Shown one piece after another: positions 34,147-47,184 of a DNA stretch of 64,000 nucleotides. The notes below the pieces were generated by a model. It did no database searches. It saw nothing but the letters and a program-made list of their open reading frames with translations, and had not been told where the DNA came from. Made by a program: the position numbers and the translations under genes. This stretch comes from Mustelus asterias (lineage: Eukaryota). The stretch covers positions 41,726,001 to 41,790,000 of the forward strand of contig NC_135805.1 of assembly GCF_964213995.1 (NCBI RefSeq). The letters run 5' to 3'. Every line of letters starts with the position of its first letter. Position 1 is the stretch's first letter.

Positions 34147-36175
34147 GTCATAGAGGTTTACAGCATGGAAACAGGCCCTTCGTCCCAACTTGTCCATGCT
34201 GCCCTTTTTTTTAAAACCCCTAAACTAATCCCAATTGCCCGCATTTGGCCCATATCCCTCTGTCCCCATCATACCCATATAACTATCTAAATGCTTTTTA
34301 GAAGACATAATTGTACCCACCTCTACTACTACCTCTGGCAGCTTGTTCCAGACACTCACCACCCTGTGTGTAAAAAAATTGCCCCTCTGGACACTTTTGT
34401 ATCTCTTCCCTCTCACCTTAAACCTATGCTCTCTAGTTTTGGACTCCCCCACCTTTGGGAAAAGATATTGACTATCTAGTTGATCTGTGCCCCTCATTAT
34501 TTTATAGACCTCTATAAGATCACCCCTCAGCCTCCTACGCTCCAGAGAAAAAAGTCCCAGTCTATCCAGCCTCTCCTTATAACTCAATCCATCAAGTCCC
34601 AGTAGCATCCTAGTAAATCTTTTCTGCACTCTTTCTAGTTAAATAATATCCTTTCTATAATAGGGTGACTAGAATTGCACACAGTATACCAAGTGTGGCC
34701 TTACCAATGTCTTGTACAACTTCAACAAGACGTCCCAACTCCTGTATTCAATGTTCTGACCGATGAAACAAAGCATGCCGAATGCCTTCTTCACCACTCT
34801 GTCAACCTGTGACTCCATTTTCAAGGAGCTATGAACATGTACCCCTAGATCTCTTTATTCTGTAACTCTCCCCAACACCCTACCATTAACTGAGTAAGTC
34901 CTGTCCTGGTTCAATCTACCAAAATGCAACACTTCGCATTTGTCTAAATTAAACTCCATCTGCCATTCGTCAGCCCACTGGCCCTATTGATCAAGATCCC
35001 GTTGCAATTGGAGATAACTTTCTTCACTGTCCACTATGCCACCAATCTTAGTGTCATCTGCAAACTTACTAACCATGCCTCCTATATTCTCATCCAAATC
35101 TTTAATATAAATGACAAATAACAATGGGTCCAGCACTGATCCCTGAGGCACACCGCTGGTCACAGGCCTCCAGTTTGAAAAACAACTCTCTACAACCACC
35201 CTCTGACTTCTGTCAAGAAGCCAATTTTGTATCCATTTAGATACCTCACACTGGATCCCATGAGATTTAACCTTATGCAACAACCTACCATGTGGTACCT
35301 TGTCAAAGGCCTTGCTAAAGTCCATGTAGACAAACATCAACTGCACTGCCCTCATCCACCTTCTTGGTTACCCCTTCAAAAAACTTGTGAGACATGATTT
35401 TCCACTCACAAAGCCATGCTGACTGTCCCTCATCAGTCCTTACGTCTCTAAATGCCTGTAGATCCTGTCTCTCAAAATACCTTCCAACAATTTAGCTACC
35501 ACAGATGTGAGGCTCACTGGCCTGTAGTTCCCAGGCTAAATTCCAAATAATTTGTTGTGATTTTCAACTTGCGGTGTATCACTTTCTCGAAACTAATTTA
35601 TTTATACATTAACAATTGCCAACATATTAAACTCGTTGTAAGCCCTTTTTAAACAAAGGCACAACATTTGCCACTCTCCAATCTTCAGGCACCTCACCCG
35701 TGACTATCGATGATTCAAATATCTTGGCTAGGGGACCCGCAATTTCCTCCCTAGCCTCCCACAATGTCCTGGGATACACTTCATCAGGTTCTCTGTAATA
35801 TGTACACTCCTCGAGACATCACTATTTATTTCCCCAAGTTCCTTAACATCCATGCTTTTCTCAACAGTAAATACTGATGAGAAATATTCATTTCGGATCT
35901 CACCCATCTCTTGTGGGTCTGCACATAGATGACCTTTTTGATCCTTAAGAGTTCCTACTCTCTCCCTTGTTACCCTTTTGCCCTTTATGTATTTGTAGAA
36001 GCTCTTTGGATTCTCCTTTGCCTTATCTGCCAAAACAATCTCGTGTCCCCTTTTTGCCCTCCTGACTTCTCTCTTAACTCTACTCCTACACCCCCTATAC
36101 TCTTCCAGAGATTCACTTGATCCCAGCTGCTTATGCATGTCATGTGCCTCTTTCTTCTTCTTGACCAGGGCCTCA
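34147..36175 (-). mobile_element. 5'-truncated CR1 with internal deletions and a foreign insert at ~35533-35641
   Basis: [25 protein letters not shown] and RRLRGDLIEVYK. Confidence 0.93.
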
Positions 36176-36756
36176 GTGGAAGGATGGTTTTCCTATTTTA
36201 GTTTGCAGTTGAAGTTCACTTTACAGCGAGTTTAATATGTTGGCAATTGTTAATGTGTAAATAAATTAGTTTCAGGAAAGTGATACACCACAAGTTGCAA
36301 ACACAACAAATTATTTGGAATTTAGCCTCACAAAAGCAAGTGCTCACCCTCAGGCTTCCCATGAGAGCCAAGACTTTGCTGCACTTACACCCCTAGAAGG
36401 AAAGAGAAACAGTAAAAACTGGGAAATAACTGGTCTGAACAGTTTTTCCCTATTGCGTTGCTAACGTGAATTAACCTCACTCGCTGCAAAAAGTTCAGTC
36501 TGGTACTTCACGATGCAAGGACCATTTTACTGATGAGGTGTGTGTCCAGCGATGCCACCCAACTTTCCCCAAACAGAAAGGGAACAGTTGAAACTGATTT
36601 CTGCAAGTAATGAAAATTTTTAAAATGTTAACGTTTTTCTTACCTTTCCTTTCTGTTTCTTTTTTTTCTCTCTCTTAGTCCAATTTTTCTTTACCTCTCT
36701 TTATTTGCCTTCCTGCATTAAATTGGATTCTAATTTCCTTCTTTGTTATTCCTTTT

Positions 36757-36875
36757 GGGTGGAATTTTACAGCCTCTGCAGCCGGTGGGATTTTCCAGTC
36801 CTGCCGAAGCCAACAGACTTTTCACTGCATTTTAAGGCCCTCCCCCCAGCACGACAAGGCTGCAAAATTCCACCC
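36757..36875. mobile_element. PIF/Harbinger-type MITE
   Basis: TIRs GGGTGGAATTTTACAGCC / GGCTGCAAAATTCCACCC with a 3-bp TSD TTT. Confidence 0.85.
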
Positions 36876-37177
36876 TTTGTTCCTTTCCCTCTTTACTCTG
36901 TTTCTTTCCCATCTTCAAATTAAATTGGTTAATGTCTGTTGATCCAGTCATTCACCCAAGTCCCAGATGCCTCGTTACCCTTGCTTCACTGTTATCTGTG
37001 AGCAATGAGGGCTGGATAATAAATGCTGCCCAGCCAGCGACGCCCATGTCCCACAAATGAATAAATCTGCTCACACTTTCAGCAATGTGAGGTGCAAAAG
37101 ATTATTGAGTTGAAGAATGAGGAAAGATTGGCTGACAAGAGAGGTAGGCAGCTCCAGAGCATTCTGGTTGAAATGAT

Positions 37178-37311
37178 GGGCCAATCCTCACCTCATTCCG
37201 CCGCTGGGATTCTCCAGTCCCTCTGCAGTGAACGGAGATTTGACCGAGCTCCAAATTCTCCATTCCCTCTGGCAGCAGCAGCGGGGCGTGAACGGCTGGA
37301 GAATTCGGACC
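37178..37311. mobile_element. PIF/Harbinger-type MITE (degenerate TIRs)
   Basis: gggccaatcctc...gagaattcggacc; the interior tgggattctccagtcc is shared with 36757. Confidence 0.65.
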
Positions 37312-37809
37312 AATACCTTCTTATTCCTTGATGTGAAAATCTTAACAGGGATGTTAGTTTGATAAATGAAAGACACTTTCATTTCATATTCTTTGAAAAC
37401 TTCATTTGTAAAATATGAACTTGGCTCTTGATTGAACATGTTACAGATTAAATTGTTAAATGGCCTTATCTTACACACGATACACCCTGGAAAACAAACT
37501 TAAAATCTGACTCCTGACGCTATTGAAGACTATAGAGTTGGACGCCTGAGTTCAAAGTGAAATCTGTAAGATGCTACATTTAATGCTACAAGTAAACTTC
37601 AAGATCTAACTAATGGAGGGTTTGGGTGAGGGTAGATCACTTGTGATCGAACTTTCATTAGCCAGTTGATAGAATACCACAATATATACTTGCTAGTAAA
37701 TCGAAGTCCATGGAATTAAAGGAACAGTGGCAGAGTAGATGCAAAGGACAGAGTCGACTGGATTGAAGTAGGCGATATTGTACCCTAGGGGGCAGTGTTG
37801 AGATGACTA

Positions 37810-37963
37810 TCGTGGGTCAAAATCCTGGAACTCCTTCCTAACAGCATCATGGATGTACCTACATCACATGGACTGCAGCGGTTCAAGATGGCTGTTCACC
37901 ACCACTTTCTCAAGGACAATTAGCCATGGGCAATAAATGCTGGCCTAGCAAGCGAAGCCCACA
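37810..37963 (+). mobile_element. LINE-B 3' end
   Basis: gggtcaaaatcctggaactcc...ctgcagcggttcaag...caataaatgctggcctagc. Confidence 0.8.
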
Positions 37964-37964
37964 T

Positions 37965-38280
37965 GAATCCCTACAGTGCAGAAAGAGGCCATTCAGCTCA
38001 TTGAGTCTGCACCGATCACAATCCCACCCAGGCCCTATCTCCTCAACCCCATATATTTACCCTACTAGTCCCCCTGACACTATGGGGCAATTTACCAAGG
38101 CCAATTAACCTAACCCGCACATCTTTAGACAGTGGGAGGAAACCGGAGCACCCAGAGGAAACCCACGCAGGCACGGGGAGAACGTGCAAACTCCACATAG
38201 ACAATCACCCGAGGCCGGAATTGAACTGGGGTCTCTGGCACTGTGAGGCAGCAGTGCTAACCACTGTGCCACCATGCTGC
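37965..38280 (-). mobile_element. HE1-type V-SINE
   Basis: Head, V-domain and CR1 tail. Confidence 0.9.
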
Positions 38281-38919
38281 ACAACAAATAATAAACAAAG
38301 AAAGAGCTATGAGTTTGTGTGAGGGTACAAGTATGAAACCTGACAACACTTTATAACATATATACAAGGGCCCTTTTGTGTATCCAGGACGAGGTCATTA
38401 ATAGATACAGGGCCTGGTTAAAGGGTATTATCTATAAAGGGCATCTCCACATCATAAAGGGTATTATAGCAGCTTCCTACAAATCCTCTGCGTCTGTTCC
38501 TGGTACATGCAGGCATTACACATTCAACTTCTGCTTTGCTGCAAAGCTGCCTCTAGCAAGGGCAATTCAGAGTGTTCAACCACATACAGTTAACTTATGC
38601 AGAAGGACTTTCACTTTGCCAGTAATTAAACAAGGTTTGAGTGATTGTGCCACTTCACCACTTACCCCTCAATCAAAGTCTAATGCGTGCAGATTTATTT
38701 CTCTAGGCATTCTCTTTGATAGTTGCTTCTTTGATAGTTGCCTCCTCTTTTGCGGGAGGTAATCTGTGGAACGGCTGAAGCCTATGTGTCAAATTATTTG
38801 CCACCTTCATTGAGTTTGCGAAAAGATTTTACTTTCCTTTGTAGCCTTTTGACAAGTTTCCAAAGCCAAGCACAACCTGGGCTGAGGAACATGCCATGAA
38901 CAATTACTTGGTGTATCGA

Positions 38920-41890
38920 CAATCCTTTGTATCGAGGATGATCCTTACTTGCAGGTGGCTGGATGGAAGTGAGATGGCGGTGTTAGCTGTGAGTTCATAG
39001 AGGGCTTATGAGCTCTACCTTAGCCTCGGAGGTTTACCCACAGTGAGGATATTGGTTGTTGGCTGGTAGCACTGGTGGCAGACTACTGGCTTGGGTAGTT
39101 GCCCTCTCTTTTGTCTCTCTCGCTGTTCTCTCAGTGGCTGCTCTTGTCGATTGGAAGACCTTGATGATGAATTGCATCTTGGTTGTGGAACATCTATTTC
39201 CCATGCATTGCTGAAGGCTCTGAGATGGTCCCTCTGAGAACAGGCTCCCTGGCATAGTTCTGAGTAGAGCAGTTGTTCAAGCAGTCTTCAGTCAGGCATT
39301 CTGATATCATTTCCCATCCATCTCAGCTGATGTGAGATTATCACAACCTCTATACCATGTCAGTATCCCGGAGGATGCTTATGATTGCTCCTTTTCCTCT
39401 CACTTGATTTGAAAGATTCTTCTAAAACAGCATTATAATATTGCTCTAGGGTCTTGATTTGATATTGATAAGTTGTCCAAACTTTAGCAGCATACAGAAG
39501 TGTGGGGAGAATCATCGCCTGATAGATTGAGTTTAGTATCAGGTCTGATACCTCAATCCCTGAAAACTTGAGTTCTCAATTTACCATAGGCAGCAGTAAC
39601 ACATTGGATTCGATGATATACCTCTGCATCAGTGTCAGCATTTTGAGATAGAGGCTTCAAAGTAATGAAGGAACGAAAAACCACACAGTTACGTCTGGAA
39701 ATTTTGGACTTTAAATAAGACCCGAGTTTTTAAAAAATGGACACAGAGGCCATTGGCTGAATTGCTGCAGGGTAATTCTCTCAGAGACAATGGGACCCCA
39801 CCCAGTTACCAGGCAAGGTTCTTCACAAAGCATCCAGGGACTGATTGCCATCTCCAGGACAGGCAATGGTACCTAATGCCCATCTCATCAAAGACTTCCC
39901 GTGTAATGCTCAGGTGGAATTTTGTGGATTTGCCTTCCCACTTGGGGAAAAGACAAAGAATGGATTAAAAGCCAGCAGAAAAGCTGCCCCAGTGGTCTAT
40001 CAGTGTGTTCTGTCAGAACAGATGGTGGAAGTTTTGACACAGAAATAAAAGCCAGCAAGCAAACTCAGAGTGCCCCGGCAAATAGCCATTTTACCTCTCT
40101 CTCTGACTGTGGAAATCAGCAAGGACCATAATTGAAAAGAAAACTGGGAAGCTTCTCCAATAGACTATTGAACACTGGAATCACAATTCACCTGCTGAAG
40201 TCACTCTACTGGAATCCCAAATTGTAATGGCTGCAATGCTCAATCATCCACTTCTCACAAGCCATGGACTGTTCTATATACCTTTTATCTTTATTATTAA
40301 CTTACTTTGAACTCAATTCTCTCTTCTGATTCGTATGAATGTATATGCGTGCGTTTTATCTTTTTTTTTGCCTTTAATAATTAACAAACTCAGAATATTT
40401 TTAATACAAGAAAGCCGGGTTAAATTGACTCCTTTTAAAACATAACTATTGGGTCTGGGAAAAAAAGGTATCCCACAAAAAGGGATCCTTTCTTAGGTTA
40501 AATTTTGCTGCGACCAACAGAGGATGTTCAATAAAGACAGGAAGAGGCTTCATCCCACCTCACCCGGAACTGTAACAATTTGAGGGTATCCCAGCTGGAT
40601 GGTGACAAATTGAGGGGTCTCATTGGATCAACACCTTTGGGGAACCTCACCTGGGGTAGGTCATATCACAAGATATTTGACTCCAAAGGCATTGGCTTCA
40701 TTTTGTATGGGTTGGTAGAAGACTTTGGTTTACCAGTGTTCAGGGGAAGTGTTATTCTCTTGTAGATTTTGGTGAAAACATCAACTATCTGTGTAGTTTT
40801 TCTTTGGAGTGAACATTAATTGCGCATTATCAGCATATTGTCATCCTGTTACAGAAATAGTCAATGTCTTGCTTTTGTCCTTTAGCTTGTCAAGGTTGTA
40901 GAGATTGTTAATACTGTAAGAAGTTATTGCCACAGCTGTCAATAGTAAGCTGCAGTGTGGCTGTAAGGAAGATTGAGAATAGTATTAGTGCAGTACACAC
41001 ACTTGTTTGATGCCTGTTTTGACAGAGATGGGGTCTGTGGTGAAGCTATTGCATAGCACTGTTATTTGCATGTTGTCCTTTGGGAAAGAGATGATGCTTG
41101 TGAACCTAGCCGGCCATCCATATTGCTTTATCACCTTCCAAAGGGCAGTTCAATTCACTGAGTCAAAAGCTTTTGTGACACTAAAGAATGCCATGTACAA
41201 AGAGATGTTCAGCTCTCTGCACTTTTCCTGAAGTTGGCACATTATGAAGATCATGTGGGTTGTTACTCTGGCAGATGAAGCCATGCTTGGACTCCAGAAG
41301 AATCTTTTCTGCAATTGGCCAGAGGTGATTAAGAAGTAACCTAGAAAGGATTTTGCCAGGTGTTGAGAGCAATGCAATGTCCCTGCAGTTTTAGTTGTTC
41401 ACCATGTCACCTTTCTCGAAGATTGTGCTCATCATTGTGTCTCCAAGGGCACTTAAAATTTCATCATTCTTCCAGAGCTTCACAAATCGGGCAAGTATCA
41501 GAGAGATCTGTATCTCTCCTCCGTGTCTCAGTCTTTCTGTAGGGATATTGTCAGGACAGGAGCTTTGTTGCTTTTCAAAAGCTATCACTTCGTCAAACAT
41601 CGGATCATTATCCAACTCACTTCTGATTGTACACAGTGGGTGTGAGTTCTGACTAAGTAGTGCTCTTTCCAAGAGGTGTCGACATTGTCCCTGTCTTTGC
41701 GGAGAGTTTTGCCTTCTTTGGAACTTGCCAGTGTTGTACTGTGTGTTAGGGGTCCATAGATTTCTTTGGTTGCCTTGGAAAAGGAATGTGTGTTGTGCAT
41801 GTCCACGAGGAGTTGAATTTCCTCCACTCAGCCCTTCAGTGCCAGATCTGTAGTTCAATTGGATGGCCAACCTGTTTCTTAATTCCATTT
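38920..41890 (-). mobile_element. Old RTE-clade LINE, split by an LTR-like insertion (~39665-40780)
   Basis: LSTPGKILSRLLLNHL...ILLESKHGF and QLQEKCRE..LYMAFFSVTKAFDSVN are RTE RT motifs; the 3' end gtatcgaggatga resembles 47660. Confidence 0.75.
39665..40577 (+). mobile_element. LTR-like segment followed by a degenerate tRNA-Pro-like primer-binding site
   Basis: Ends TGTAACA with AATAAA at ~40529. The downstream ttgaggggtctcattggat loosely resembles TGGGGGCTCGTCCGGGAT. It interrupts the RTE. Confidence 0.45.
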
Positions 41891-42208
41891 AACCTCCATG
41901 GTTCTGTGATTCTTAATGCCCTTGCCTGACAAAAATCCAATCATCTCAGCTTTGAGGTTTTCAATTGGCCTGGCCTTTTTGGGGGAGGGAAGGGGGGAAA
42001 GGGGATGGGGGGGCTTGAGTTCCAAATTCGCTCAACCCTTTGTTTCTTGTCGCCAGTGTGGCAGCCTCTCAAGCTACAGTACCATTCGCCAACAAGGAAA
42101 CACTGGAAACTGCTCTCATGATAAAACATTCCATAATACCCTGATTCCTCCTCAAACAGACGGGGATGGAACATTTAAGTTATAAAGAAAGATGGATAGG
42201 CTTGGGTT

Positions 42209-42891
42209 AGAAACATAGAAACATAGAAACCTACAGCACAAAACAGGCCCTTCGGCCCCACAAGTTGTGCCGAACATATCCCTACCTTTTAGGCCTACCT
42301 ATATCCCTCCATCCTATTAAGTCCCATGTACTCATCCAGGAGTCTCTTAAAAGACCCTATTGAGTTTGCCTCCACCACCACTGACGGCAGCCGATTCCAC
42401 ACGCCCACCACCCTCTGTGTGAAAAACTTCCCCCTAACATTTCCCCTGTACCTACACCCCAGCACCTTAAACCTGTGTCCTCTCATAGCAGCCATTTTCA
42501 CCCTGGGAAAAAGCATCTGAGAGTCCACCCGATCTATGCCTCTCAACATCTTATATACCTCTATTAGGTCTTCTCTCATCCTACGTCTCTCCAAGGAGAA
42601 AAGACCAAGCTCCCTCAGCCTATCCTCATAAGGCATGCCACTCAATCCAGGCAACATCCTTGTAAATCGCTTTCAATCTTTTCCACATCCTTCCTGCAAT
42701 GAGGCAACCAGAACTGAGCACAGTACTCCAAGTGGGGTCTGACGAGGGTCTTATATAGCTGCATCATTATCCCCGGACTCCTAAACTCAATCCCTCGATT
42801 GATAAAGGCCAGCACACCATACACCTTCTTAACCACCTCCTCCACCTGCGGGGCTGATTTTAGAGTCCTATGGACCCGGACCCCAAGGTCC
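42209..42891 (-). mobile_element. CR1 3' fragment with TSD GGGTT
   Basis: (agaaacat)n tail on the plus strand; LVRPHLEYCAQFW; GGGTT at 42204-42208 and 42892-42896. Confidence 0.92.
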
Positions 42892-43183
42892 GGGTTGTTT
42901 TCTCTGGAGAAGAGAAGACTGAGAGGTAACCTGATTGAGGTGTTCAAGATTATGAGGGGCATGGATAACATGGATAGGGAGCAGCTGTTCCCCGGAGTTA
43001 AAGGGTCAGTTACGAGGGGACACAAGTTAAAAGTGAGGGATGGGAGGTTTAGGGGGATTTGAGCAAAAACTCTTTTACCCAGAGAGTGGTATTGGTCTGG
43101 AATGCACTGCCTGGGAGGGTGGTGGAGGTGGGATGCCTCACATCCCTTAAAAAGTGCCTGAATGAGTACTTGGCACACCATAA

Positions 43184-43678
43184 GGGAAAGGGTCCAGAGG
43201 AGGTTCACAAGAATGATCCCTGGAATGAAGAGCTTGTCGTATGAGGAACGGTTGAGGACTCTGGGTCTGCGCTCGTTGGAGTTTAGAAGGATGAGGGGGA
43301 ATCTTATTGAAACTTACAGGATACTGTGAAGCCTGGATAGAGTGGACATGGAGAGGATGTTTCCATTAGTAGGGAAAACTAGAACCAGAGGGCACAATGT
43401 CAGACTAAAGAGATGATCCTTTAAAATAGAGATAAAGAGGAATTTCTTCAGCCAGAAAGTGGTGAATCTGTGGAACTCTTTGCCGCAGAAGGCTGTGGAG
43501 GCCAGGTCATTGAGTATCTTTAAGACAGAGATAAATAGGTTCTTGGTTATTAAAGGGATCAGGAGTTATGGGGAAAAGGCAGGAGAATGGGGATGAGAAA
43601 AATATTAGCCATGATTGAATGGAGGAGCAGACTCGATGGGCCGAGTGGCCTAATTCTGCTCCTATGTCTTATGGTCTT
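43184..43678 (+). mobile_element. CR1 3' fragment with TSD ATAA
   Basis: gtccagaggaggttcacaagaatg...(tcttatgg)n. Confidence 0.9.
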
Positions 43679-44422
43679 ATAAAATTCAAGGCTATGGGTC
43701 AAGTGCTGGCACGTGGTATTAGGTGAGCAGATCAGGACCCTTCATGTCAGTGCAGACTCGATGGGCCAAAGGGCCTCTTCTGCACTGTAGTATTCTGTAG
43801 TATTCAAAATCATCGCCAGTCACCATTAACCTCACTCTAGGTTGCAGCATTCTCAAGCGTCAGGGTTGTTCAGTTGCTCTGAAGTGCACCCCTTTGTGTG
43901 TCATCACTCCTGAACAGCCTTGCTCTAATTAACTCATCAAGCCCAGTCTCTTCCAGAGGTCACCATCCTCACCATGACCTTCAAATCCTTCTTTAGTCAA
44001 TAAACATTTTAATGCCCTCTGAACCCATTTACACTGTTGACAAGACAGACATTTTCCTGACAACTTACTCCACAAGACTATTACTTCGTGGGCCAAAAGT
44101 TGTGAAAGAATCAAGGCATATGATAGACTAAGTGCTTCACGTTGATAATACTAGATTCAGTACTGCTCGTATTTAAATCTATTCACATAGATCTGATTCA
44201 CTGTATCTGTTCATAAACAAGTTGTTTTCTGTGAATCGATTAGTTGTAGCTTGTTACCAAATCCTTTTCCTCCAAGTATATCAACTTCTCTGTAAATCCA
44301 AGTGAGTGCTGCAGTTTCGATTCAAGCATGAGTGTAACATATCTCTGTGTATCTAAGCATGAACGTAAGTGCATTTGAATGTTATTCTTGGTTTCATTCT
44401 GACATATTTCTCTTGCCTACAG

Positions 44423-44533
44423 ATCAGTTGTAGGAACGCTGCTTTTTTACTGGATAAACAGTACAACCAGTGCCCTTTCAACCCCTACGATATTCACAAA
44501 ACGGAAGCACTGGGCTACCTTCTCCTCAGCTGA
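44423..44533 (+). CDS. Candidate (terminal) exon of an unidentified plus-strand gene
   Basis: Branch point CTGAC, pyrimidine tract and CAG at 44399-44422. Phase 0 gives ISCRNAAFLLDKQYNQCPFNPYDIHKTEALGYLLLS*; phase 2 stays open to 44816. Confidence 0.4.
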   Translation: MSCRNAAFLLDKQYNQCPFNPYDIHKTEALGYLLLS

Positions 44534-44904
44534 TGTGAATGGGTGGTCCCCTCCAGTGACCTTGTGTGCCTTTTTGACTGCACAACTTCCTTGCTTTTTA
44601 ACTTTATTCAGATGCTTCCAACAATCATCTCTCCCCTTATTATTTGGGGCACTGAATTATTTAATTTGCAATGCCCCACTGTGTATTTTTACGCTCTGTG
44701 TGGTTTGCAGGCCATTACACTTTCTCTATCCAGCTTCTTCAACAAGACGTTATCCCGAAGATATTTTAGTTTTATCATTTTACCCTCATCATTTTTTTTT
44801 TCATCTCATCTTCTGAAGACACCGCTAGGTTGATTTTACATGATTGTATTTCTGGCAGCAGATATTGGAAATTCGGATCGCTAGATCCAATAACATTTAA
44901 AATT

Positions 44905-45070
44905 ATATTTGTTCATGAGATGCAGGTGTCACTGGCCACATGCCTGGTTGCCCTTGAGAAGGTGATGGTGTGCTGATTTCCTGAATTGCTGCAGTCCGTA
45001 TGTTGTAGGGAACACCCACAGTGCTGTTAGAAAAGGAATTCCAGGATTTTAACCTGGCAACAGCGAAAGA
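44905..45070 (-). mobile_element. LINE-B 3' end
   Basis: Reverse complement of 37810-37963. Confidence 0.75.
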
Positions 45071-45258
45071 AACAGAGAGTTGGGATAAATGGGTTATTTT
45101 CGGATTGGCGAAGTGTAACCAGTGGAGTACCACAGGGATTAGCACTGAGCCCTCAAATATTCACAATCCAACATAATGATTAGGATGAAAGGACCAAATG
45201 TATTGAAGCCAACTTTGTGGTGAATAGATGGGAAAGCAAGATATGAGGAGGACAAAAA

Positions 45259-45890
45259 GGGTAGAATTTCACCTGTCCCCAGATGACAGTTTGGGAGACA
45301 TGGAGTTGGTAAAAATGTGGGAAGCCATATTGGGAATTCTCCCAGTGGTGGGCTGCGAGGTGGATCAGATACTCACCCCATGGAAACTGGCTAGTGATTT
45401 GGATAATTAAAGGCCCTGCATTAAGGTGGCGCTGGTGGTGGGGTTGCTGCCATTGTGTGGCGAAGCTGCCAGTTTCACTGGCTTCACTGCAGCAGTCCCA
45501 GGGCCAACAGCACCAGAAGTGTCAGGACCCTAAAGAGGGGGCTGTGGGCAGGAAGGGCAGCTCTGAGGCCTAGACAATTCACCCCACCCACCCACGAAGG
45601 GTTTCCCTTCTGCCACTCGGCCGCTTGAATTTTTTATTTTTGTTTATTTACCCCAATGTGCTCTGCTTGCCTCAGCATCACTCACCTCTCCTGTTGGAGC
45701 TGCTGAGGCTTCAGAACGGCCAGTTCTGTGATTAGGTCAGCACCATCAGAGGTCTTCCCATCATCCTTGATTGGACGGTGGGCCTACAGGCAGCCAAATC
45801 GCCGAACCCGTCCAACTGTCAGTAACTGCAGGCTTGGAACCCAATTTTAACCAACATTAAGGCCTCAAAACCCATGCTAAAATTCTGCCC
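45259..45890. mobile_element. PIF/Harbinger-like non-autonomous element
   Basis: TIRs GGGTAGAATTT / AAATTCTGCCC with flanks AAA/ATA; cleanly interrupts the CR1. Confidence 0.75.
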
Positions 45891-46007
45891 ATAGCACCTG
45901 CAAAGAAAAATGGAAAGGTAAAATGAGTGGATAAAAATTTTGCAGATACAGAGTAATGTTCAAAAATGTGAAGTTGTCCACTTAGCAGGAAGAATAGGAA
46001 AGCAGAA

Positions 46008-46364
46008 TTTTGATTTGATTTGATTTATTATTGTCACATGTATTAACATACAGTGAAAAGTATTGTTTCTTGCGCGCTATACAGACAAAACATACCGTTC
46101 ATAGAGAAGGAAACTAGAGAGTGCAGAATGTAGTGTTACAGTCATAGCTAGTGTGTAGAGAAAGATCAACTTAATGCAAGGTAAGTCCATTCAAAAGTCT
46201 GACAGCAGCAGGGAAGAAGCTGTTCTTGAGTCGGTTGGTACGTGACCTCAGACCTTTCTATCTTTTTCCGGAAGGAAGAAGGTGGAAGAGAGAATGCCCG
46301 GGGTGCGTGGGGTCCTTAATTATGCTGGCCGCTTTGCCGAAGCAGCGGGAAGTGTAGACAGAGT
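46008..46364 (-). mobile_element. Rex1/Babar LINE 3' end
   Basis: (tttga)n tail; near-identical to 58087-58413. Confidence 0.88.
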
Positions 46365-47184
46365 ATTGTTTAGATGGAGAAAGATTACAGAATGCTGATG
46401 TGCAGGATCTGGGTGTCCATGTATATGAGTCACAAAAAGTTAGCTTGCAGGTACAGCATGTACTTAGGAAGGCAAATAGAATGTCAGTGTTTAATGCAAG
46501 AGGAATGGAGTAGATAAGTCAGGCTGTTTTGCTACAACTGTACAGGACATTGGTGAGACCACATTTAGGGCGCTGTGTACAGTTTTAGCCTCCTTATTTA
46601 AGAAGGGATATGCTTGCATTGGAGGCAATTCAGAGATGGTTCACTAGGTTGATTCCTGAGATGAAGGGGTTGTCTTCTGAGAAGACATCATTGAAGTTTA
46701 GAAGACTGAGAGATAACCTTGTTCACACAGATATGATTCTGAGGGGGCTTGATAGGGTAGGAATATTGAAATTAGGAGCAGAAGTAGGCAATTCAGCTCT
46801 TCGAGCCGGCTCTGCCATTCAATCAGATTATGGCTGATCTCTAGATGTTTCAGCTCATGGGGGAATCTAGAACTAGGGGCATCATTTCAAAATAACTAAT
46901 TGCCCATTTAAGACAAAAATGAGAAAGACTTTCTACTCTCAGATATTATTAATATTTGGAAGTCTCTACATAAAAGAACTGGGAAGGCTCAAGTCATTGA
47001 ATATGTTTAAGGCTGACTGAGATAGACAGATTCTGGAAATATTGGAGAGTTAAGAGTTTGCGGAAACAGGCAAGAATGGGAAGTTGAGGCAAAATCAGAT
47101 CAGCCATGACTTTATGGAATGGCGCAGCAGGCCCGAGGAGCCCTATGTCCTACTCTACTTCTTTGCTCTTTGTCTTAGGTTTCT

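Larger units (their letters stand above)
42180..43806 (+). mobile_element. CR1 3' fragment hosting two younger CR1 insertions
   Basis: Pieces 42180-42208, 42892-43183 and 43679-43806 are colinear. Confidence 0.85.
45070..47180 (+). mobile_element. Old CR1 RT/3' fragment with MITE and Rex1 insertions
   Basis: agtggagtaccacaggga, ttggtgagaccacatt, LALEAIQRWFTRLIPEM and the 3' UTR. Confidence 0.85.
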
